Source of the DNA: Orbicella franksi
Lineage: Eukaryota
Assembly: GCA_964199315.1 (NCBI GenBank)
Contig: OZ116702.1
Span: 32,860,001 to 32,924,000, forward strand
Reading direction: 5' to 3'
DNA length: 64,000 nt
Shown here: piece by piece, positions 48,101-60,021 of the stretch
Numbering within the stretch: the first letter of the stretch is position 1
How the letters are laid out: each line of letters begins with the position of its first letter
The notes under the pieces: model-generated
Told to the model about the DNA's origin: nothing
The model's database searches: none
The model's input: the letters and a program-made list of their open reading frames with translations, nothing else
Made by a program: the position numbers and the translations under genes

Positions 48101-51100
48101 TGCTTCTTAGCTGTAGCATCAAAGGTGTGTGCAAAGGGATAATTGTCTCTGATGTCATCATTGGCTTCCAGGTATTTTTCCAGCAGCTTGTCGTTTTCAT
48201 CTTTAAAGAACCCTACAACAACTAATTCATCTCTTTCTTTCATGAAGTCTGTAATGGCTTTAAGTGAAGACATTTCCTTGGAGCTTGGGCCAATCTGACC
48301 ACGCATGTAGCTGGTAATACCTGGAGATTAAAAGAACCAGATAACCTCATATACTTGCATTCTCCTTTCAACTTGTTTTTAAGAAGCTCAAATGGGAGAG
48401 GGGTGATGTTTCAATGTAATAACAGAAGTTTGAGTACATAACCCATTTACAAATAACAGAAACCAGTAATGGTTTATTAGTTACAGAAATGACAATAACA
48501 TTTTACTGGAAAATGGAAAATTAACTAAGTGTTGTTGTTTTAATGTAATCCTCTTGATGGAATATAAATTTTAGGTCACATTTTCCTGATCTAGGTCGGA
48601 ATGTTTGCCTTGATGTTACCTTTTATGACTTTTTTAAAGAAGGGCAAAGGGCAATTTTATAGGAATCATTCAATACTGGGGATGTCACTCTGAGGAGCGT
48701 TGTAGCTAACTTCACTCAGAAGGCCTGCAAAAACATCCTGAATCTGTAACCTACCCCACTGGTTTCTTTCACCCTTGTACTCAGTTGCCTTGCCCTTGCG
48801 GAACACTTTAAGAGTGGGGTATCCTGTCACTTCATATCTTTGTGCCAGTTCAGAGTCAACTGTAGCATCAACTTTAGCCAGAGTGATGGGTGGGTCATTT
48901 TCCTTCAGTTCTTTGGCTGCTTTCTCATATTCTGGGGCAAGTCTTTTACAGTGGCCACACCTGTTTTAAAAGGCAAAAAATTAAGAAATGAAGATGTGTT
49001 TGGAAAGCCAAACTGAACCTGGGAAATACATTGGAAATCTGTTACCAAACCTGATGTCTGGTTGGCACCTAACTCCTGATTCGATCTTTTGCATATTAAA
49101 TAACCAGGAGTTTTGCTTTGACACCTTTTTGCTCAGATTCTATGGCAGCAGAGGTTATCCCCCAGCCATTAACGTCAGGCTGGCTAGCTACCTCAATAAT
49201 CCAATAACTATTAAATATATCTGGGTGGACAAAGGTCCTGTATGAGCACAGTGTCTTGCCATGAAGAACATAATAATCAGGCAGTGCAAAAGAAGAACTT
49301 GAAGTGGGGGGTTTTGCTCTGGAATGCATTGAGATGATGTGTTTGTTGGAAGTAGTAGTATGGTCAGCTCAAGTGGTTTTCCATTGTGTCAAAAAGAGGT
49401 TGAAGTTTTGATTTTCATACCAAGGAGCATAAAACTCAACCAGCATAAGAGATTCGCTGTTGATGGTGTCAGTGAAGTTGTCCTTAGTGAGTGTAACAAC
49501 AGCTTCTGGAGGTGGCTTCCAGTTGGGGTCTCCTTGTTGTTTCATGTAATTGACAATACCTACCAAGATAACAAACAACAATAGTACAATCAAACTCTGT
49601 TAGTTACAGACATCACAGTGACCACAGAAGCAAGTCGGTATTAATTAATGAGGTGTCCATATCATGCATCTAAATTTAAGAGAAATGAAAATGAATGAGC
49701 TTGAGATCAGAACCACTGTCTGTGATATCAATGAACAACACACAAGAGTTCAAAAAAGGCACTACTGATATGTAAGGAATAAATAGACCTTCTTGTTGCA
49801 AAATGATGAATGGATAATAAAATAATATCCTTCTATTATTTAATGAACAGATACATTACAAATATAAAAACATTTCCTTTTGTCTTTTCCCACTTCTTTT
49901 TCGGTACAAGTAAATGTTGTTGTAAAGATGTCTTTTAAAAATTGAAGATTGAGTCTAATTGAAGAGTTTTTAACTGTACTAGGAACTGTCTGAAGTCTGT
50001 AAGAAATCTCACCATATTGAAATATCAAGAGCTAAATGCATTTGACTTCAAAAGTGTTCAAAAAATATTTCATGGGATACATTTATGAAACAAGAGAACT
50101 GTTACCGAAGGTAAATTATAGTTTGGAAACCAAATTAATTTTGTGTCAAATTGGATTCCTACATCAAAATTATAACTTTGTTTTACTTGATGTTTGCCCC
50201 TTTTAAGAACAATATGAAAGTGTTAGAACACCTTGCAAGGTGAACAAACTAACACAATTAAAAACATTGTATTGAAAGTATGAAAACAACAGTTTTTAAA
50301 GCTTAAGTCTCTCTCTGTCAATCAAATGAGATTAAACTTTTGAATAGCACTACTTTAAAAATCAAACAAGCGTAAAACTTCGTGTCAGAACATGACAGAT
50401 GACAAAATTTTTTTTTACTCCCTAACAGTACAGTTGGCACCTAACATCATAACTTGGTGGATATCTAGGAGAGATTTCTATGAACTTTTGCCACAAAAAT
50501 GACTTGTAAAGATCTGCTCATTGAAGTAAAAATTTGTGACCCCCTCCTATCTAAGCCATAGTTGACCACCCAAACAATTTTCCAATAATTTTTCTTTTGA
50601 GATACACATGGAATGCAAAGACTAAATGGACTATAATTTAGGGGTATACCTATGATATGTGAGAGTTGATATGTGTTAGGATTTTTTCAGTTTCAAAATG
50701 ACTACCTCCTTCATAGCTGCTGAATAAATGTCAATTCTTAAATAACCTGATCAGTGGCTTTTGAATGGCATATAATATTGTACACAGGTAGAGAGTCTTT
50801 ATTTATTTATTTATTTATCATTTTTTTAATACTGATTTGGGAAAAACTGCCATTCGCCATAGGAGTTAAAGGGTTCAAACATATTTTTTCATTATGCTTG
50901 TCTTCTGTACCTTCTTCATCCCGGGGCCCATCATAATCATGTGCTTCTCCCTTGCGAAAGACCTTCAGAGTAGGGTAGCCGCTGACTTCATACCGTGACC
51001 CAAGATCTTTTTCTTCGGTGGCATCAACTTTAGCAAATGGTACAGGAGGATCATTCCCTTTCATTCTTTTGGCAGCTTTGGCATATTGCGGGGCTAGCTG

Positions 51101-52257
51101 TTTGCAGTGGCCACACCTAAAAACAGATGGAATATAGAATTCAAACCATTAGGAATGCTGAGCATCCAAGTAATAGGAGTCCCTGACCATGAATGCATCA
51201 AACATTTATGCCGATCTCTTAAGACGAGGCTCAAAACTTAAGGCCATTTGAAATGGTGAAGTATACATGTACGTGACAAGAGGAGAGGGGAGCGTGATGT
51301 GATAGGTTCTTGAAAAACATTGTCATGCAGTCAGACTGAACTGGCTTCAAAACTTAAAATTCAACCTAGTAAGTCTTTTCTGGGCTCAAAATGTAAATAA
51401 ATGCGTTTTTGGACTGAAAAAGGATAGATCTCTTTTATCTATGCGTGTTTTTATGAATAATAAAAGTAGGCTCACGACAGTCTTGATTAACAATCCCAGT
51501 TTTAAACAAAGCACTAAATTAAGCTTCATAAATGCATTGTATTGTCATTAAAATATGCGGAATATCGCTAATAATAGCTTGCCCAAGACAGAACAAATTA
51601 ATTGATTTTCAGTTATAATGAAACTTCAATACTCCATTCATTTAACCATTAAGAAACTACACGTGCGAAATATTATTTGTCTGGCTTTTTCCCTGCAAGT
51701 ACTATTGAATTCATTGCCCGCATTAAAAGCCAACCAAGAGGATCAACAAATATATTTTTTCCAGCGGATCAACGCGCGTTATACAGGTTTAAATTTCAGT
51801 GCTAAATGCAATCAAGAGTTAACTTATATTTCTAAGCAAATTCAATGAAAATAGAGACAAATTTAATCGCTTCGAAGCATGTTGCATTGCTTCCAAAGAT
51901 TCAAGAATCAGAAGTTTTGTCAAGTGATCAAGAAACTCAGAGGAGAGAATTTGTGTCCGAAACATAAATATCTACAAACCATGGTGCGTAGAACTCGACT
52001 AGTATGATATCTTTATCGTTCACCACAGAGTCGAATGTTTTGGTTGTTAGAACCAAAACATCGTCTTCCTCTTTCACTTCGTCGTCACTGGCTTCGTCGT
52101 TCTCAGCTTCGTCTTTTTCAGCTTCGTCTGCTTCCTCCGTTCCTTCTGCGGCCGCTTCTGTCGCTGCATCATCTTCTACACTCTCTTCTGAAAGCGTTAA
52201 GGTTGCAGACAGTGCAATTAAAAGGACTAAAAGGAGAGAGAATTTCTTCAATTCCAT
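45128..52257 (-). CDS. PDIA4: Protein disulfide-isomerase A4 (ERp72), 648 aa, 8 exons
   Basis: Exons 52257-51980, 51116-50911, 49559-49421, 48960-48755, 48320-48016, 47046-46887, 46251-46015, 45543-45128; 1947 nt in frame. Signal peptide, acidic N-terminal tract, three APWCGHCK active sites, C-terminal KEEL. Confidence 0.97.
46377..46680. mobile_element. MITE-like repeat in PDIA4 intron 6
   Basis: Ends CCCCGGGGGAACTCCCATAT / ATATGGGAGTCCACCC form an imperfect inverted pair. Internal CCTAAGAAGTACCAA is duplicated. Confidence 0.65.
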
Positions 52258-52328
52258 GATCTCTTTGGCCCAGCTTTGAAGTATGCAGTGTTGTGGAGAT
52301 TCCCAGTTTTTTCAAAGACTACAACTAG

Positions 52329-52381
52329 CCAATCAGAGCACGACAGGTTGGAAGGCCAGTAACCAATCAAATCGCGCTACG
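52329..52381. promoter_or_regulatory. PDIA4 proximal promoter: two CCAAT boxes, one within an ERSE-like element
   Basis: CCAAT at 52329-52333 and 52363-52367. The second reads CCAAT-caaatcgcg-CTACG, one mismatch from the ERSE consensus CCAAT-N9-CCACG. Confidence 0.45.
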
Positions 52382-53707
52382 CGTCTTCCCGGGACAATTC
52401 AGTTTACCCGCGAAAAGGTTTTCTCAGCCGTACGATTTTGCCCGTCACGAGTGTGGTTTCTCTTTTCAACGTCATGATACTTAAAAATCATGGCTGGTAA
52501 AATATCAGAATTACAAGTGTTCCACGTTGATTTTCAAGAACTCTTCATTCCTTTGTTTTTCCGGGTATATTAGTATTTTGATTTTTAACCCACCCTCTCT
52601 TATTCCTGTCAATTTCTTTTGATTCGGTTTTGGTCAGCAACCGTTTATCTTATTTGCGACACGAAAAGATATTAACTGACAAGTCTGCGTTAAGACAAAT
52701 TTCCTTCCCTTTCCTGTTTCTGGGGTAAGAGGGAAGTTATTAATTAACGACACTCAAGTTATATTGTTTCTCATGCGGGGAAACGTTAATTAAGTACGAA
52801 GACTCTTTTTCTTTGCCCATCGTAGCAAATCACCGCTGTTTGCCTGTTATCTCTAGCTAATTACAGATAGTTTTGGGACGCAATTCAGAGAAGGAAGAGC
52901 TGCCCTTCGAGAGAAAGCTTTTAGCAGAAATGTTGTTGTTTACTTGCCTAAAAAGTAAAAAAAGTATTCTACTGCTGTAACAGGGCTACGGGTATCGCAG
53001 TAATTTTTTTCTCCAGGAGCAAAAAATTTAGTAAACCCCTTCTTAGTACTAATGCTCCCGGAATGCTCCCTCTAATATAATAATTTACTATCCATAGCTT
53101 TGATATGACAGGCCTTTAAAACAAAACTTACTGATCTCATGCTTGTGTTAAAATATAAATATGTCTGAGTCACTCACCTTGTTATTGGTTTTGTATATAC
53201 GGACACGGAAAGGCTCTGCCCGAAAAGATTAGGATTTTCAGGCTAGACATATATAAAAGAGAAGGGAGTTCAAGATTGAAGTATAACAGAGGTAACAAAA
53301 TTGCCATTTAGATATTCAAAAGATCATGCAAAATAACTCGATCAGATGAACGCCTGCTTTACGTCCTTTGTCAATTGTCGGTATGTGAATGGGGCATCAT
53401 TTTGCATGAAAGATAGATAAAACAACTTCCTTTTCCTTCAAAAATGATATATAAGATAAGTGGGAGAGGGTTTGGACGGGCGGGGAGTCTCCCCTTATAT
53501 AAAACCCTTGGCTACCCCTCACCCCCTAGTTTTTGCTGTTTGCCACGAGAGGAAAGAAAAATGAAAAAATGTTCTTCTCTTTTACATCGTTTGTTTGTTT
53601 ACCTCGAGCTTCGAAGTAATTCCGGGGGCGCGGCCATTTTTTTAACGCGGTTTTCTTTCGCGTCACGCTCGACGAACTGCGCGAAAAAGCTACCTCGTCT
53701 GCGCGAG

Positions 53708-53836
53708 TAGAACCTCTTCCAGGCGTTCAGTTAGTTGGGGTGCAGCACGAAAAACAGCGCGCGAAAAAATAAAAAAAAGCGCGCCGTTTTTCGCGCTGCG
53801 CCCCAACTAACTGAACCCCTGGCCTGGAAAAGGCTA
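53708..53836. mobile_element. Palindromic MITE about 90 bp upstream of the HPRT start codon
   Basis: Arms TTCAGTTAGTTGGGGTGCAGCACGAAAA / TTTTCGCGCTGCGCCCCAACTAACTGAA, with outer CCTCTTCCAGG / CCTGGAAAAGG. Confidence 0.8.
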
Positions 53837-53924
53837 GCGCGAGTGACGCGCGTTGCGTGACGATCTCGAATGTCCTTTTTTAGGAGTGGTTACCAAGGCC
53901 ACAGCGTTTCCCGCGCATGTAAGA

Positions 53925-56900
53925 ATGGCCGCTGAAGATTGCATAAAGGTAAGATTACGAAATAACTTGATAGTTTTAGTTTATTTTTGTACCATAGGCT
54001 TATGCAATGTCGAGAGGGTAATTAGGAACCAAATGAACAGATTATATTGAACTTGCTTGACAAGTTTGAGCCCTTTTGCGTGCACGATTTACATATTACC
54101 GACAGCACAAAACGTGCGGTTTGAACTTTTATTTTCTATGACATTAATAATAATAATAATGTCGAAAAGAGCTCAACTGCGGCTTACATTGTCATTATAA
54201 CAATGAAAAGGCCTGATTTAATTTGTTCTATTATGGAAGCGCTGGTCAGATGTGTCATCTGGAAGTTTAAGTTTCTGCCTCGATAAAAAGATCAATAAAT
54301 ATATGCAAATTAGCTTATCTTATCTAAGCTTACTTTCTAGTTTTAAAGGATGAAAAATTCCGAGGTTTTTGTCTTATAAAGTTACGATTAATTTCGCTTA
54401 GAAAGTTGAATTTCTTATTGTGAGATCTGATTTGTGTCAAGTGGTCAACAGGTCTTGTGGTTCGTGCAAATCACAACTTGTTGACATTCTGAAGTGCAAC
54501 TGTGACCAACTGTGCGAGGAACACGTAAGAAAAATGTCCTTTGTTTTGCATCAAAACAATGAGCCTTTTGTAAAGCCAAAGTTGCTATTTTAACATATAG
54601 ATAACACTGTTTTATCTTGTTGGATCAATCAAGCCTTTGATTTGATAATTTCTTTGCTATACTATCAGTTATAACCAAATTAATTACTTATGGAAAGTAA
54701 AAGGATTGATTTTCTCCGGAGAAACACTTCATAAAGTTCTTAAAATCAAAAAGTTTACCTCAACTGCTCAAAACCTAATTTAACTTTAATTTTTCCAAAA
54801 AAAGGAATTTACTTACTTAGGTTAACTTCAAGTGCTTTCTAGTATGGTCTGGCTCACTCTTTTCATGTAAAACAAATATACTGAAGTAATTCATAGAATA
54901 TCAGCTCTTCAATGCAAACATTGATGGGGTGAGATGACTTGCCTGAGACATAACTTATCAGTGATGATAATCTCAGGCAAGTAATTATACTTTTCGGAGT
55001 GGATCATGATGCATAAATAGCTCTAAGAAAACACAAATGAATAAACAAACAAAGGAAGAAGTAAAGGATCAAAGAAACACATGCATGAGTAAGCTAATGA
55101 AGAAGATTGGAACTTCAGGTTGTTAGTAAAGGCAAATGACTTGTGCTGTGAATCTTACTTAATCCTGAAGAGTTTCACTTTTGTTTTTAGATTCCTGATA
55201 ACTATAAAGGTTATTCTTTGGAGATGTTTTGCTTACCAAGGCATTATGAGAGTGATGTCGAGTCAATTTTGATACCAAAGGGACTTATAAATGATCGGTA
55301 AGCAGACATTATAAAAGTGAAACATAATGGGAAAGTGTGTAAGATGTTGCCACCATATGCAATGATGCTGGTAGACACCGGAGTTGTCATGGATTTCCCT
55401 CTGTTTGAACATGGCAGTATTATTGTTGTGCATTGTGTTCAAAATGTGATTGTGTGGTTCCCGAAAATATCCATACGTCGCCCATAGAAGGAAGACCCCC
55501 ACCCCTTTGAAAATTCCAATAAAGTTTCATACATTTCTTTAAAGTATTTGGTCTTAGAGCACACCCCACACCTCCCCCCCAGGACATTCCAATCTCTTTT
55601 GTGAAGGAAATATAGATATTTTCTGGAAGTGTGGGTAATTCGAAATGAGGGATGCTTCAGAAACTAATGCATTTTTTGTTGTAAAGTCCTCTAAGAAAAG
55701 AACTGACTGTGTAATAGTTGTAAGGCAAATTTTTGATCTTATGTTCTTGCTTTTGAATGTTTTAGAACTGAAAGATTGGCTAGGAATATTTGCCGTGATG
55801 TTGGTAGCGGTCCACTCATTGGATTGTGTGTGTTAAAAGGAGGTTATCAATTTTTTGGCGACCTTATGGATTATATAAGGACAATCAATGCTAATGGAGG
55901 TCAGTGAACAAAATCCTGATCAGAAGAATTGTAGCCAGGACAAAACATATTAAAAATTTATAAAAAGCGTTCAATGGCTATATACATGAAAAGTTAAAAC
56001 GTTTGAGCTTTCGGCTGTCCAGACTACAGGCTTTGATGAATAAACGTGGCAAAAATGGCAACTACAAAATATACGCAAAAACAGGTGGGACTATAAAAAC
56101 ATTATATTAAAATGGAAAAAATTTAAGTATCAATAAACTTAATTGTTCTTTTTTAAAAGAATAGAGAATTGATTGGGCAGCAGCCTTGAATTGTTATCTG
56201 CATGATTCATCGAAGCGGTGTGCCATAATTCTCGCGTGAACGGTTTTTTTTAATAAATTTTTTAAATTCTGATCATTGTCATGTACAAACATGTTTCTTT
56301 TAAAATGAGGGAAACCTTGAAACAAAGGGTTTTTACTTAATAATTAAAAAAAAAATACTAAAAATGCTGTTTCTCTTCATGAATCAACAGAACAATCTAT
56401 GCAGATGTCAGTTGACTTTATTAGATTGAAGAGTTATGAGGTAAAGTGAGAAATAGGAAATTTAGGGATGGACCATTATTTTTTTGAGAGGGGGTGAGGG
56501 GGGTTGGGAAGTTGGGCATTTTTCTGGGGCATGAATTTTTTTCTCACCTTTAGGTTGTGCATGATTTTTTGGTGGGCAGTAGTCATACTTGGTTAGTATG
56601 CGGTGCTTGGTCAACAACTTTTTTCCTCATGGCTCCCCTTGCATGACTTTTTCTCAGCAGTTTATGCTGTGCAGGTTTTTTTTTTTAAATTACCTAACAC
56701 CCTCCCCCCAATCAAAAAATAATGATTCGTCCCTTAATTCTTAATTAATTTTATTGGAATCTGCTGTAAGTGACATTGCTACTTTTGAAATAATCGTGTA
56801 CTTTGCTGAACAGTGTACTATTGTTCATGACTTTGCCAGGACGACCACTCATCTGGTGAAGTAAAGGTGATAGGAAGTGATGACTTGTCCTCACTAAGTG

Positions 56901-58832
56901 GAAAGGTAGGTAACAGGAGCTTGTTCCTCAAGCCACTCATTGCTAGTAGCTATGGGGCTTGTTCTAAGAAATCTGCAAGTTTAGTTGAGTGTTACTTTCT
57001 TTTAAGAACAGATGCTGATTACTGTTGTTTTTCCTTGCAGCATGTTTTAGTTGTGGAGGTAAGTAATCACAAACTGGGTTGATGTAGATTGTTGTGTACA
57101 ATTCAGCCTATGTTAAACATTTCATAAGTCTGCTCTAGAATAGCGATTAGCACTTATGGTGCATCTTTATTATCTTGTTCCTTAATCAATGTTGTTATCC
57201 TTGCTTTTATCAGGACATCATAGACACGGGAGCAACTATGCAGAAATTATTAAACACCCTTAACAAGTTCAAACCAGCATCGATTAAAGTAGCAAGGTAC
57301 AGAAATTTCCAAAATTATTGTGATGGTGTCAATGCTTAAAGCGGGTTTTCCATGGATAACGAAGTGGGAAGGTGTACACAATGCAATTATACAATAATAT
57401 TATACTGACTCTTATACTGCTATTATATTTTTTTTGCCTGAGATGAAGGAGGGGGACAAGTGAAGTAGAAACAAATGGTATTTTGTTAAGCTGAGTTGGA
57501 ACTCTAAAGGATCTTGACCTGAAAGTGATTTTCAATGATTATACTTAGATACACACTTTGTGACTTAGAAGCTCAAAACCAGTGTCCTTCACATTGTGCT
57601 GCACATTGTGCTTTCCTTGGATCTTGGATACTGATTTTGGTTGTTTCCATTATTATTAGTTTGTTGGTGAAGAGAACACCGAAGAGTAATGGATACCGCC
57701 CAGATTGTAAGTCTGTATTTATAATACCCTCAGTTCAGACCACGTAATATTGCAAGCATGACCTGTTTTAATAATTAAAACAGATGTTAATGTATACTGG
57801 CAGTCAGTGGCACCCAGTCATGTGTTTGATCACTGTGAATTGCTTACTGAAAATATGTCGGAAAGTATTCACTGCACTAAGACATGTTTTTATTCATTTC
57901 AGATATTGGTTTTGAGATTCCTGATAAGTTTGTTGTAGGCTATGCACTGGTGAGTGTAACACATGGTATTATCAATCAAACAGGCTATACCAAATTATGA
58001 TAGTGAGAATGTCCAAAAAATAGAGCAAAATGCAAAGCAATCAATGGCTTCTAAGTCAGACAGGCTCAGAACTATGAAGGCATCTGTCTTGGTGTTCACC
58101 TTAGAGTTGTCTGTCTTAAGACAGTGTCCACTTAGGTAGGTGTCTGTCTTAGGAAGGTGTCCACCTTAGTGAGGTGTCTGGTTTAGGAAGGTGTCAAATT
58201 TAAAGGGTTATCTGTCTTAGAGAGATGTCCATCTTAGGAAGTTGTCTGCCTTTATAGAGAGGTGTCCATCATAGGGAGGCGTCTGCCTTAGAGAGATGTC
58301 CATCTTAGGAAGATGTCTGCCCTAGAGAGGTGTCCACCTTAGGGAGGTGTCTGCCTTAGAGAGGTGTCCATCTTAGGAAGGTGTCTGCCTTATAGAAGTG
58401 TCCATCTTACAGAGGTGTCTGTCTTAGAGGGGTGTCCATCTTAATGAGGTGTCTGTCTTAGGGAGATGCCCACTGTGAGGGCAAGTTACCTACTTTTTTG
58501 CATGAGTATTTTGTACTTGCATTGTAATACCTATTTCTCATGAATGGATGATTTGTCTTTTCTCCAGGATTATAATGAATATTTCAGGGATCTGAATGTA
58601 AGTGTTCAACTTTTGTTCTTGGATAATTTGGGTTGGGAATTTTTAAGGGGCAAATGAAATGAACCTGAAGATGATACACTCCATAAATGTATGTGTCTTT
58701 CCATAATTTTATTTTTAAATTTTATAGTTAACTTATACAGTCAGTGATGGTAACATGTATCTTTGTTCTTGTCAATAGCATATATGCGTCATCAATGAGA
58801 ATGGAAAAAAGAAATATTCCATCCCACAGTAA
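53925..58832 (+). CDS. HPRT1: Hypoxanthine-guanine phosphoribosyltransferase, 219 aa, 11 exons
   Basis: Exons 53925-53948, 55191-55297, 55766-55899, 56391-56440, 56840-56905, 57041-57058, 57214-57296, 57660-57706, 57903-57949, 58568-58597, 58779-58832; 660 nt in frame. Motifs LCVLKGGYQFFGDL, DFIRLKSY, VLVVEDIIDTG, FVVGYALDYNEYFRDLNHI. Confidence 0.97.
55449..55631. mobile_element. Degraded copy of the 10483-10683 MITE family in HPRT intron 2
   Basis: Starts ATTGTGTGGTTCCCGAAAATATCCATAC, shares the internal core, ends GATATTTTCTGGAA. Confidence 0.75.
58078..58465. repeat. Degenerate minisatellite, 17-18-bp units alternating as an approximately 35-bp dimer, in HPRT intron 9
   Basis: GAGGTGTCCATCTTAGG-type and GAGGTGTCTGCCTTAGA-type units alternate for about 390 bp. 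Confidence 0.9.
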
Positions 58833-60021
58833 AGACAAAAAAACACAGCTGATATCCAGACAGTTAACGCTTGCTATCTGACCTGGAATTGCTACTTAAC
58901 TGACCTTTCGATTTCTGGTTCTAACCAATGTAGATCTCCTTACCTCAGTGTATCACATGATTAGTCAGGTAATAAGGATTGAGTACCTGATCATCTCAGG
59001 CATACATCTTGACCAAACACCAAATCCTCCAAAGCAGGATTATAGAAAATGTATGAAAAGAGTAGGGAGAATATTGGTGCTGGCAATGTTTTGTGCAGAC
59101 TAGATTTAGAGATTACTTAGGGGACTGAATTAACTTCTTTATTTTACTCATACATGTACAAATGAGAAAGTATGTGGTAATAAAACAGATGAAGTTGAGG
59201 TAATTGAGTTGGTTGTGGAGTTGCTGTGTTTGGTCCAATATAGGCCTTGTCAGGTTTGCAGGCCATGTCCACACAACCATCCCCCTCTCCCCTCCCTCCA
59301 ACCTGCAACCTGCAACCTGCAAGTGCAGTAGCTCTGTAGGATCAATCAATAATAAAGCATCCATTTGCTTCTACTAAACATGAAAAATCATGTTTTCCAT
59401 TTATTACTTCTTTCTTTACATTGTCACTTTGTGCAACATGTAACATTTTGTCATAACTTTTTTCTGTATGATATAACTTTGTGCTGTTTCAAACAAAAAA
59501 AAGTATTCAACATATTTTACTAAGCAATATCCTTAAGATGCATATTTACAATCATTTCGTAAATGAGATGAAGGCTTCGAAAATATTTACAAGATATGTA
59601 CAACGCAGTTACAGAATTTGTACAAATATCTACAACGTTGTGGAACTTGTAAGCATCTTACTTGAACAGAAAAACCTGAAAAGGGTAAAGTAAATGGATA
59701 TGAATCTCTTTACAATACAGAAACTCTAAAGAGGCTGAGCAAAATGATGTCGACAAAACAAGAAACGAATAAAAAAAAATGAAAAAACTCTGAACAAAGA
59801 AAGACACGAAAACAATTCTTCGCTTCTTGATTGGCTGAGAAATTGGGAAAAACAGTGAAACATCTTAAAATTTGCAGGGTTGCGGTTGTTGGTAGAAGTT
59901 CAAATGTGCTACAAAAGTGTCAAGTGGTTACCTCTTTATTTCCTGAAGTGTGTGAATTGAATGTAAAATGTGAAAGCTGTCGATTATTATTTCATGGAAA
60001 TACAAAAAAGCAAACTACTTA

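Noticed and set aside
58078-58465. CRISPR-like array
   Set aside because: Units are contiguous with no unique spacers, there are no cas genes, and the context is a eukaryotic intron. The same applies to 63532-63606 and 7340-7430.
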